From Octopus sinensis (taxonomy: Eukaryota): a stretch of 64,000 nt of DNA. Location of the stretch: NCBI RefSeq assembly GCF_006345805.1, contig NC_043008.1:65162001-65226000 (forward strand), given 5' to 3'. The notes below the pieces were generated by a model. The model ran no database searches and was not told where the DNA came from. It saw only the letters and a list, made by a program, of their open reading frames with translations. The translations under genes and the position numbers were made by a program. This document shows, in pieces, positions 12,628 to 24,017 of this stretch. The number at the start of each line of letters is the position of its first letter. Positions within the stretch are counted from its first letter, which is position 1.

Positions 12628-12805
12628 AGACTGAAAACTGTATGGAAAAATGCAGCAAGCGTGTGTGTCTTTGAGTTTGTCCCCGGCCCATGACAATTTG
12701 TGTTGCTATTTTTACCTCCCTAGTCTTTAACCATAAGAGAAATACTATGGTATTTTATTCAAGTAAAACCTTTAAAGTTGGTGTCCAACATGGTCGCTGT
12801 GCTTT
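12628..12805 (+). mobile_element. SINE family A, decayed 3' portion
   Basis: GAAAACTG..GTGTGTGTCTTTGAGTTTGTCCCC..GGTGTCCAACATGGTCGC resembles the family A body and tail. Confidence 0.45.
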
Positions 12806-13159
12806 CGCTGATTTATGATAAATATACATACCCGCATGCGCATTCGTGTGTAGATATGTTCATAATTAATAGCGTTAGAAGCAGTTTTAACACCAAAAGT
12901 GAGAAATAAACATTTGTCTCCCTCTCAAAGTCGATGTTGCGTCGGAACAGACCATTGTGTTATCCACCATGAGTGTATCTCTGGTATGAAATCATGGTGC
13001 ATAAAAGCCCTCGTATTTATTTGGTTCACGGACATTATACGTCTGCTACGACCGCTGAAAATACCAGATCTTGCGTTTTTGACCTTCATTTGGATTGTTA
13101 ATGATAGATATCCAGCAGAGTTAGCTTCTGATTTCCCCGTCAGTGTTATATAATATCAC

Positions 13160-13444
13160 CGTGATCACCGTGACCGCCCATGTTATCAGATGTTGCAACA
13201 CATCGCTGGTCACAATGCGCTTCGCATTGTTTTAGCCGTCAAATGACGCCACCCCGCTGGCTAAGCGAGCAGACCAACAGAGGAAAGAGTGAGGGAAAGT
13301 TGTGGCGAAAGAGTACAGTAGGGATCGCTATAGAGCTTAAGGTGTTGTCGCTCTATAAACACTCACAATGCCGGGTCTGGGAATCGAAACCGCGATCCTA
13401 CGACCGCGAATCCACTGCCCTAACCACTGGGCCATTGCGCCTCT
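13160..13444 (-). mobile_element. tRNA-derived SINE family C
   Basis: Minus-strand head AGAGGCGCAATGGCCCAGTGGTTAGGGCAG...GGTTTCGATTCCCAGACC (A and B boxes). The same head occurs at 58316. Confidence 0.8.
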
Positions 13445-13830
13445 GATATATAATATATCAGTGTCTATTCAAGCATGAGAGTTGCATTCAGCGCATGGGA
13501 TAATTAAACAATAATAGCAAAGGAAGAAGCAGTGTAAACACTGAAAGTTAATATATATATCCCACTTATTGAGGATATTTTGTTAGAACACAGAGTACAG
13601 CGTTATTTACCATGGGAGAACCGTTTCAAAATGAATAAAAGCACTTTTGTTTGTATCGTTCAGAGGCGATAACCTTATGCCACATCATGTGATTTCCACC
13701 TTCCTCAGGATTTTCAGTGACGGACTTCCAGCAAGATCATAGCAGTCGCTATTAATTACTTTTTTATTCGCGACACCAGTTACTGAACAGAGACGGATAT
13801 TCTATATATTCTTGATGGGGCGGATCGGAT

Positions 13831-13871
<41 letters not shown>

Positions 13872-13882
13872 TATATATATAT

Positions 13883-14083
13883 ACGCCGGGCGAAATGCGT
13901 AGCCGTATTCGTCTGCCGTTACGTTCTGAGTTCAAATTCTGCCGAGGTTGACTTGGCCTTTCATTCTTTCGGGGTCGATAAATTAAATACCAGTTACGCA
14001 CTGGGGTCGATGTAATCGACTTCATCCGTTTGTCTGTCCTTGTTTGTCCCCTGTATGTTTAGCCCCTTGTGGGTAATAAAGAA

Positions 14084-14085
<2 letters not shown>
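13883..14085 (+). mobile_element. SINE family B, one body unit, 5' end lost in (TA)n
   Basis: CGCCGGGCGAAATGCGTAGCCGTATT...AGCCCCTTGTGGGTAATAAAGAAA. Confidence 0.85.
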
Positions 14086-14131
<46 letters not shown>

Positions 14132-14159
14132 GAGAGAGAGAGAGAGAGAGAGAGAGATA

Positions 14160-14362
14160 GTTAATCCAAACATGAAAACACAAAGAGTAAAGACAACAAC
14201 GCGAGGACGTGGAACAAGTATAGTGTTATTGGACGCTCAGCAAAGGAAAGAAAGGAGGGTTTAACGTTTTGAGCGGAGCTCTTCGTCAGAAACACTGGAA
14301 AAGGAAAGATCCAAGGAAGGGAAGACGGAGGAAAAAAATCGCCAACGGTACACACGCGGTCA
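14160..14362 (-). ncRNA. PLE terminal-repeat-like segment with minimal hammerhead (14259-14293) carrying a G12>A core mutation
   Basis: Minus strand: GTTT-CTGACGA-A-GAGC-TCC-GCTC-AAAAC-GTT-AAAC. Stem I is a perfect 4 bp, but GAAA reads AAAA. Confidence 0.65.
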
Positions 14363-14401
14363 CAATATATATATATATATATACATATGTGTGTGTGTGT
14401 G

Positions 14402-14448
<47 letters not shown>

Positions 14449-14667
14449 TACCAGTATAACCCGGATTTGCTCGGGATTATGTTAGATTATTAAGCTAATC
14501 AAGTTCTTTATTTCAAACCAAACTAAGTAACATCGACGTCCAATTCCGGCGAAATCCATTGAAATTGGTATACATATATATGTGTGTGTCTGAATGTGTC
14601 TGTGTCTATGTCTGTATGTATGCATGTATGTAGGCTTGTGTGTATGCATACATATATGTATATGTAT

Positions 14668-15090
14668 GCAGGCGTGTCTGTGCGGTAAGAAACTTGCTTC
14701 CCATTCACATGGTTTGGAGTTCAATCCTACTCCTTGGCACCCACTCTGTGTCCTACTATAACCTCGGGCCGACCAAAGCCAAGTCAGTGGATTTGGTAAA
14801 TGGAAACTGAAGGGAGCCCCATCTTATATATATGTAAATGCGTACGTGTGTGGGCGTGTTTGTGTTTGTGTCCTTGTTTCTATGTATATCCTCCCACGAC
14901 GACTTGATAAGCGGTATTGGTATGTTTACATACTCGTAACTTAGCGGTTCGACAAAAGAGATCGATAGAATAATTACCAGACTTAAGAAAGATATTGGGG
15001 TCGATTAATTCGACATAAAATTCTTCAAGGCGCTGCTCCTGCACGACCGCAATCTAAAAACTGAAACAATTAAACGATATAAGATAAGAG
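14668..15090 (+). mobile_element. SINE family A, diverged full-length copy
   Basis: Colinear with 6335-6740 (CTCGGGCCGACCAAAGCC, GATAGAATAA, CTGAAACAA). Confidence 0.8.
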
Positions 15091-15736
15091 ATGCGCATAT
15101 ACTATGTATATATGTTTACACATAAGTACATTCATAGACACATACATATACATACATGCATGCAAACAAACATAGAAACGCACACACACATAGATATACA
15201 TATATGCACTTTATTTGATTTTATTGTTATTTTCTCATTCATTGACATCATTAGTTTGATAATTGTTCTTTAACAGAGTTTGAAATATTTTTCTGTCAAT
15301 ATGGCCGACTGTATTGTTCACTTCGTAATTTATTCGATCCGTCGCCATTATCCAAGGCAGCTACTATCTGAAGGTGTTAGAAGTTGCTCGAAGCTGAAAC
15401 TTTGTAATGATACCTTATCACCAGACAATTACTTCCACTCTATAACCAATTACTAGACACCTCCTCATACACAAACAATGAGATACATGCACCCAGCTAC
15501 ATTCGTGTATGTATTTGCACAGACATTTTCACATGCTTTTACACATTCATATAATTTTTTTTTTAACTTTCCTATCACTGGAACACTATCTATGTCTGAA
15601 CAGGTGGTTTCATCATCATTACGCTTGACTTCTTACTGTACATTCTGCCTGAGGTCTGATTATTTATCAGTTTCTTGGCACAGATAGTGCTGTAAGTATC
15701 TACTGGATGTGTTTTGGCCTATCTCTCTCTCTGTCG

Positions 15737-15770
<34 letters not shown>

Positions 15771-16579
15771 GCTGATTCGGCGAAATCATTTCTCTTTCTT
15801 TTGCAGTTAATTTTTGCTTCTACCTGTCGTTTCGTTTTGATAAGAAATGATGAAGAAAACCTAAATACATGCAGAGTCTGGCCATCGTGTAAATCGTTTT
15901 ATCAGGCGCCTTTTTCTAAAGTAATAAGGTCATGTGCCAAAAACTGCGACATACACGCGCGCGTGTGTACATATGCAACATATCTATCTATATACATGTA
16001 CATATACATTTATATGTACATGTATATGTAAGTGTGCTTGTATCTGTTTGTATGTGCGTGTACAGAGACAAACACACGCACACCAACAATTACATACACA
16101 CTCATATATATTTTTATCTATCTCTCTATAAATGTATATATATATATATATATATACATATAATCATTCGTTTTGCGTAGTTTCGGCTCAAGACGTTCTT
16201 ATCAAACTAATTGCTGATTCGAGAAAATAATTGATGCTAGTAAATTAAACACACGTTGCAAATATCTCATTTAAATGAATAAAATGTCAGTCTTTTTAAA
16301 GAATTTGCTCCAATCAATCAGAATAATAAACTGTTTTAAAAGCACTGCAGATAAATTGCATGCAATTCAGTGGAATATTCTAAAAGTTTATATTCTTCAA
16401 TTACTAAAGTTGTGATCTGTATTTTTTTTCTGTATATATATTATTTTCTTCTCAACGCATTAGCAAAACGGCATGAACTATTTGTCACGTTTTGCTTTTT
16501 TAAATTGGTATATAGTGCGTCAGTAATGCGTATACGATGCAATTTGTTTGCTAAATTTCAAAGAACCCTTACTGAATAT

Positions 16580-18765
16580 TAATAACAATATCTACTTCGC
16601 TGCCACGTAGAGTCTTCTCTGCAATTAATCTTGAAATTCTAACCGAGGCTTCCGCGCTTCTGGACTGGCGATCCCTGATGACGTTGTCCTCAGTTGACGA
16701 ACTATGGTCATCCCTCAAAGCATATGTAATCTGTTTGACTGACAAGGCAGTTCCCGTTGGGCTTCCCAAGAGGAAGAAACACAAGCCCTGGGTGACGAAG
16801 AGCGTTAAACGAGAACGTCGACTCAGAGATATTGCTTGGGCTGAATTCAAAAATCTGGATTCGACTGCAGCTTTTGAGGTGTACAAAACTCAACGAGACC
16901 GAGCCGTGAAAATTGAAAAGAAAGAACGCTTCAGTTACGAATACAAAATCGCGGCAAATGCCAGTAGCAATCCAAAAACCTTCTTTGCCCATGTCCAGCG
17001 GAATTCCCGCTTGAACAACCAGATTGCAACGTTGGTAGACTCAACAGGCGTATCGATTGAGGACCCTTATCAACAGAGTCAATTATTTGCCGAGGCTTTT
17101 TCAACTATTTTCAAACAAGATGATGGTCGTGAACCCCCTCCATTTGTTAGATCGGCACCTCCAATGCTTCGATTGGTCATCACGCGGGACGAAGTCAAAC
17201 GTGTTATTCAAGGCCTCGATGTCAACAAAGGTCACGGCCCTGACGGCATACACCCACGGGTTATCAAAGCGTTGGCTCCGGTCATCTGCGAGCCCTTAAC
17301 ACGACTATTCAATATGTCATTGGCGACGGGTGTTATACCTGCAGACTGGAGAACAGCGATAATCTGCCCAATTTTCAAGAAAGGGAGCCGCGAAGACCTG
17401 CTTAACTACCGACCGGTTTCCCTTACATCATTATCAGCAAGATTTTCGAACCATCCTTAAGAAAAGTATGATGCTCCACCTCCTAAACACAGCCTCTATC
17501 TCTGATTCCCAACACGGCTTTGTGCCGAAGAGATCATGCTTGACCAACCTACTAGTAATGGAAGAATTGGTGACGCGCATCCTCGATGATAGTGATGCTG
17601 TTGACATCGTTTTACTGGACTTTGCCAAAGCTTTTGACTCGGTAAACCACCGCCTATTGCTTGTCAAGCTTCAAGCATATAGTTTCCATCCGGATATTGT
17701 ACGATGGGTTGGTGCCTTCCTCTCAGATCGCTCCTTCCAAGTCCAAGTTAATGGTTCGCGTCCGACGTCTCCAGTGCGAGCAGTGGCGTGCCTCAAGGTT
17801 CAGTGCTTGGGCCCTTGTTGTTCTTAGTCTTCATAAATGACTTGCCCGACGACCTCACGCATCACACCCTTCTATTTGCCGACGATATCAAACTGGTCGC
17901 TCCTCGCGGTAATATAGAGGATCTTCGTCGATGCCTCCACCAAATTTGGAAGTGGTCTAACAATTGGGACCTGTGTCTGAACGTGTCAAAGTGCTGTCAT
18001 CTGCCTGTCGGCTCTACTCCTGCAACTCAACTTGATTTCGAGCCGGGTCGTCTGCTGCTGGAGAGGACCGATCAGGTAAAGGACCTAGGTATCTTGGTAG
18101 ATTCCTCCTTTTCGCCTTCGGCCCAGTGCGTCCATGCTGCCAACAAAGCGCGCGGAATTCTGTTCTTGATTCGACGGTCATTCGGAATGCTCACAGCAGC
18201 CATATTCCTACCACTCTATGTCACGCTGGTGAGACCCATATTGGAGTATGGGATTCAAGCCTCTTCTCCTTATCTCCTCAAAGACATACAGCATCTCGAA
18301 AGAGTCCAGAAGCTGGCTACCCGCATGGTTCATGGTCTCAAAAATTTGTCCTACGAAGAAAGGCTGAGGACGCTCGACCTTTATTCTCTTGAAAAACGCC
18401 GCCGCCGTGGTGATCTCATTCTCACCCACAACATCATAAGCGGAAAGTGTAACCTCTCGAAAGAGCTGTTCTTCACTCCTGCTCCAGAGCGTCGGCTGCG
18501 GGGTCATTCCGAAAAGCTCTACCTGCGACGATTTCATCTCAATCGAAGGAGAGGAGCTTTCTCCGTCCGGGTTGCGGATCCGTGGAACAAGCTGCCAGAC
18601 GAGATGGTGAAGATGCCGACGACCGCTTTGTTCAAAGCCTCCATTGACCTCAAATGGCCTGAACTCTTTACATGAACACCACCCTGTACTTAACTCCATG
18701 TCCCCCTACATGGCCTTGCTATTTGCTTTTGAGCCAAATTAACTAACTAACTAACTAACTAATTA
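16580..18765 (+). mobile_element. 5'-truncated CR1-group non-LTR retrotransposon (LINE) with (TAAC)n tail
   Basis: RT motifs across three frames: KGHGPDGIHPRV, DWRTAIICPIFKKG, NYRPVSLTS, QHGFVPKRSCLTNL, LDFAKAFDSVNH, PQGSVLGPLLF, FADDIKL, LYSLEKRRRRGDLI. The 3' end is (TAAC)n at ~18739-18762. The endonuclease domain is absent. Confidence 0.93.
16678..18675 (+). pseudogene. Reverse transcriptase ORF2, frameshifted (ORFs 16678-17460, 17468-17827, 17788-18675)
   Basis: Three apparent single-base deletions (two near 17430-17450, one near 17760). I saw no in-frame stops in the reconstructed frame. Confidence 0.88.
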
Positions 18766-19558
18766 TAGAAGTTTAAAATTCAATATATATTAGCTACAAA
18801 CTGACGGTGTTACGTCATTTGAAAGTATGATTGGTCTTTCTCACCGATGGACCTTTCTGGATACAGTTTGACTCCGCTCCATATAACTTAAAATTTAAAA
18901 ATGCCTCTTAGTTCCCATGAATCTGTAAGGCAGATAGAGCTGGCTAAATGTGCAATTGTATGGTTGTATGTATACACATGTATGAATATATAAATATATA
19001 TATATGCATAAATATATGTATACATATATATGTATATACATACTTCTTCATGCGTGTATATATGTATATGTGTATATACATAAGTCGAATAAAGTTAAAA
19101 CAGTCCGGTTTTCATGTTTTTGTTATAGTATTTTAACAAAATCAGCGCTTTCATATATAGTGTACTCACCAGATTTCAAATGCGTTTAACTGACAGTCGA
19201 GTTCTTGAAAACTCTAGTTTCTCATAGAACGCTCCAAACAGCCGAATTTTTAGAATACCTTTTTGATCAATCCGCATGCTCTTAAAAATCCCAGTTTGAC
19301 AGGCGTACCGATATATTCTCTAACTTATGTATATTTATTAATCTACATCATTAACTGGTGTGTTTCCTGCATTTTCAGTCATTATCGTCCTTTGTCCCTT
19401 TCATTCGTTACGTCAAATACAAAATGCTCCAAGTATTCTGGAATAATCTTTTCGACTTATTAGTTCTTGATTTATTTACCATCTTTATCATTTTCTCCGT
19501 TCTTCTAGTGACCTTGACATCTTGACACCTCTTTTCTGTAATTCTACATAAGACTATT

Positions 19559-19770
19559 CATTTACTGTTTCAGACATTTGACTGTGGTCATGCAGGAGCA
19601 CTATCTTTAGTCGAGCAAATAGACCCCAGGACCTATACTTTGTAAGCGTAGTACTTATTCTATCGGTCCCTTTTGCCGAACCGATAGGCTACGGGGACGT
19701 AAACACACCATCATCGCTTGTCAAGCGATGTTGGGGGGACAAACACAGACACACAAACATATACACACGC

Positions 19771-19844
<74 letters not shown>

Positions 19845-20009
19845 CGACAGGCTTCTTTCAGTTTCTGCCTAACAAATCCACTCACAAAGCGGCTTTGGTC
19901 GGCCCGCGGCTATAGTAGAAGACACTAGCCTAAGGTGCCACGCAGTGGGACTGAGCCCGGAAGCATGTGCTTGGTAAGCAATCTACTTACTACACAGCCA
20001 CTCCTGCGC
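19559..20009 (-). mobile_element. SINE family A, full length
   Basis: Reverse complement of the 6335-6740 family, with an internal (TA)n expansion. Confidence 0.85.
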
Positions 20010-20385
20010 TTATGATTACAAATGTTTCAAATTGTATATTACACTTAGTAGCACTCTGAAAAATATCCGCGTTGTACTTTGAAAGGATTGTCACAGACGA
20101 TAGAACAAATGTGTACTACTGTTTAAAACAGATACTGATATAAAAAGGCAGAGGCGATCCTATACGCTCACGAACCAAACAAGCAAGCGTGAGCCAAGTG
20201 TGGCAAAACCACCAGTACTGAAAATATAGAGCTAAAATATCAGCTGCAAATTCGAACACGACATAATTTGAACTCAGAATATGAAGTTCTGGAAGAAATT
20301 CGGCTTAGCATTTTTGTCTTATGTAATAATCAATTCTGCCAGCTCATCAACTTATAACAATAAAAAGGATAATAATTATTGTGGC

Positions 20386-20451
<66 letters not shown>

Positions 20452-20452
<1 letters not shown>

Positions 20453-21012
20453 GAGTGCGAGAGCAGTGCATGCCATCAAAATGTCACTGAGGTAAAATAT
20501 ATGAAGCCCTGTATACCCATCATGATTATCTTTCTGACAAGGGCACACCAGGCACATGCATCACAACCATATGTGCGCGACATGGTGATCTCATATCAAG
20601 ATAAACAGCACATGACCTTGCAGGTGGGGCCCAGTTAGAATTTTCCTCTGGTCGAGTAGCCCATCTCGCTCAAAAGGTCCCTAAACAAGGATTGCTTAAG
20701 GATGTTGAATAAACCACCCATGTTTCCAGAGGTGAATTATCCAAACGTCTAAGAATTATTTTCAACATACGGCTATGATGCTCCCCACTACTTTCCCTCG
20801 TGGTCAGAGATGCACATATCGTCAGTCGCTAAGGAACATGCTCAGCTGGTTAAGGTCAAACAAATGACGAGCAAGTCTGTGGTATTGAGCTGAATATTTG
20901 TTGTAGCCCATCTGTCATACCAAGACAAAACAATGTACATGATTACACTTCCGATCAGTTAAAATCAGAAGCCATGAGAGCCACTGTTTGGTACTGCATC
21001 AGAGCATAGCCA
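20452..21012. mobile_element. Probable interspersed repeat module (~560 bp) bracketed by (ATT)n tracts
   Basis: A GC-richer block sharply delimited by (ATT)n at 20386-20451 and 21020-21137. It is single-copy in this window, so repeat status rests on my recollection of cephalopod repeats. Confidence 0.4.
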
Positions 21013-21020
21013 CTGTATGA

Positions 21021-21086
<66 letters not shown>

Positions 21087-21138
21087 CATTATTATTATTA
21101 TTATTATTATCATTATTATTATTATTATTATTATTATC

Positions 21139-21274
21139 GTCTTTGCCTTTCATCCTTTCGGGATCGTTAAAAAAAGTACCAGTTTCCCACTGGGGTCGAT
21201 GTAATCGACTTAATCCTTTGTCTGTCCTTGTTTGTCCCCTCTATGTTTAGCCCCTTGTGGGCAGTAAAGAAATA
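21139..21274 (+). mobile_element. SINE family B, 3' part
   Basis: TTTGCCTTTCATCCTTTCGGG...GGGGTCGATGTAATCGACTTAATCC...GTAAAGAAATA. Confidence 0.8.
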
Positions 21275-21290
21275 CATTATTATTATTTTT

Positions 21291-21326
<36 letters not shown>

Positions 21327-21327
21327 G

Positions 21328-21359
<32 letters not shown>

Positions 21360-22835
21360 GGTGGTGATATTATTACCAACATCATCATAATCAATACTAG
21401 TAGTAGTAGTAGTAGTAGTAGTAGTATTTAGTAGTAGTAGTAGTAGTAGTAGTAGCAACAGCAGCAGTGCTATTATATATATATAATCATATGCATATAT
21501 ATGTATGTGCATATATATATATATATACATGCATCACGAACACACATACATACAGAGCCACCTATCAATATTCACATAGCGGGAAAAAATATTCCGGAAA
21601 AAAAATATTCTTCTCTATAGTTCGATAAATCTGAAAGCCAATATTATTCATCTAACTTCATACTTTCGTGTTACTTTGAAAAAGATAAATATTTAAGACA
21701 AGGAACACTCTGTTAAAATTAATCATATAGAAACATTTTGTTTAAATATATAAATATTGACCATATAATATCGCTTTTTTTTTAGCTAAACGGGTAGCGA
21801 TTCTCTCCTTACTTTAATCAATAAACAGAATAAATTTCAACATTTTATTTGTTCAAAAACCATTTGAATCTACGTTGTCATGTGTTCGTTTCTATTTTTA
21901 AAGTTATGTAAACTGTAGACTGTGTAATAAACAATGTTTCTGTCGGTTATTTATTGCTAGATAAGCATTAAAACAATTTTAAATTTAGAATATAAACCCA
22001 TTATATAATCTCTTTATTTTTCTTTATTATTTAACAAAAATACAAAACGTATTTTCTTATTCTTCTCCTTTTCGTTTATAATAGGCATAGTTTAGTTTCT
22101 GACATATTTGTCTTAACTTCCAAATCATTTTCACATTATCAAATATATAACTGCTCCTTGTAAACAAAGTTTAAGTCGAGTTTAGGCTCAAATAAAAGAA
22201 ATTTCCTGGTCAAAAGTTATCTTCACGATTGAACTAGTTCAACGAAAAAGTACTTAATTTAGAGACCCCTTTCTTTATTTACACTATTTCATGTATTTCT
22301 TTACATCTGTATAGATTTAGTTCCTTTTTGTTTTATAAATCCCTTCAAAAATTAAATCGTTATGGCTATGAGTGAAATTTTCTCACAATATTCGAAGAAG
22401 AGGAACACTTTTCACATGCTGTAACAACGATAAAGAAAACGAGAATTACTTTTTATATATATTTATATACGTGTATTTACGCCTGCATATATATATTTAC
22501 AGTGAAAAAGATTATAGGTGATACATATATTTGAGTGTGTGTGAATGTGTAAGTATACATACACATATATAACAATGAATATATATATGTGTGTGTTTGT
22601 GTGTGTGTATTAAGAAAAATATACAGGGTAGGAAAATCATAGATATTTTTCTACCAGTGGCCCAGCTTGTATAAAATAGTCAATAGACAACATATTTTCA
22701 TATAAAATTAGTGTACACAAAATAGGCAACCCTCACAGGACGTCTTATATGCTAGAAGGAACAGTCAAAATCCAAACCACGGTTAAGAGCAATTTCGAAG
22801 GGAATGAAAAATAAAAACATTTACCATAGTTTCTT

Positions 22836-22904
22836 CCCGGACCTAGATTTCGAACTTTAATTAGCAAATAAAACAATTTGCTAGGTGAAGTTCTCATCAG
22901 CGGG
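22836..22904 (-). ncRNA. Type I hammerhead ribozyme with GUC cleavage triplet
   Basis: Minus strand: CCCG-CTGATGA-GAACTT-(30-nt loop with TAGCAAAT/ATTTGCTA hairpin)-AAGTTC-GAAA-T-CTAG-GTC-CGGG. Stem I is 4 bp and stem II 6 bp, both perfect. Confidence 0.82.
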
Positions 22905-23975
22905 TGCGCCAAAAATTTACATTATATGGGCGTATGTGTATGTGTTCTTTAAGTAGGTACACATCCTCCTGTTTGAGGGGAGTGAATATTCGAATTTATC
23001 GACTTCGGCGGCGAACATTCTACACAGCATGTAAAGTGATGTAACTAAAATCGCAAGTCAAATTAAATTACTTTAATTAGTTACAGAAGCCACTGTTGCG
23101 GAGCCGTACTGTAAACTGAGCAACTGGCGCCAGATTAGATAAAACTGTGAAGAGTCTCGTGCGACAAATGTAGATCAGTCCTGTGGAGTAAGTGTCGACT
23201 TACAAAGAGCTAAGTCGGCGATTTCGTTTTCCAGTTACCAGCACATCATTTGATGTATATTGTTGATCCTCTAAAAATGTCATGAAATTCATAAAATCTA
23301 TTTCTTTCTATTGTGTAAATACAGATATTAGGTTACTGTTTAAAATAAGAAGATAAACACGAGTAAAACTAGAATATAAAATTATGGAATATGTATGCAA
23401 TAAATGCTCGAAATTCTGAACTGCATTGTTCGGTAATACATGTTTATAACACAATTTCAGTTCTTGATTACAGTAATAATTTCATTTCACTTTCGTTGTT
23501 AAAGCACTTAACGCAATTTTGCTCGTGTTTCCATTTCCCATTTTCCGAAGCATAGGGAATATATGTTCAGCAATAGGAATCCAATAACGTGATGGATATG
23601 AAGAAGAGGAGAATAAGTTCGAAGAAATGATAGCTGGTTTGAGAGAGAACTTTGATAATAATGATAATAGCTGAGATATCAATTGGATTAGTTTGGGAAA
23701 GAGAGACATTGGGTTAGATATTAGGGCAGTGATAGCTGCGAAAGTATTTGAATTCAAAATATTAAATGAAATATATGTCTGTTAGAGAGGGAAAGAGAAA
23801 GAGAAACTGATATGGAAAAGGATTAGCCTGAGAGGCTAACCTTACAAGGTCCGTGAAAACATACACTTTCCACAAAGGATCAATATCCTTCTACAATCAA
23901 ATTAATTTAATAAAAAGCAAGAATAAAATCAATTGATATATTTCTATCGAGTAAGTACACCGTCAAATTTATTCC

Positions 23976-24017
<42 letters not shown>

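Noticed and set aside
13370-13444. tRNA-like sequences (SINE heads here and at 4884, 6335, 42062, 55000, 58316)
   Set aside because: They have A/B boxes, but I could not fold a complete cloverleaf, and they continue into SINE bodies. They are not tRNA genes.
16176-16210. Minus-strand TTGATAAGAAC...GAGCCGAAACTACG
   Set aside because: The core deviates at several invariant positions, and there is no stem II.
23520-23760. Purine-rich stretch translating to GYEEEENKFEEMIAGLRENFD on the plus strand
   Set aside because: In-frame stops on both sides and no recognisable family. It could be decayed coding DNA, but this is unsupported.
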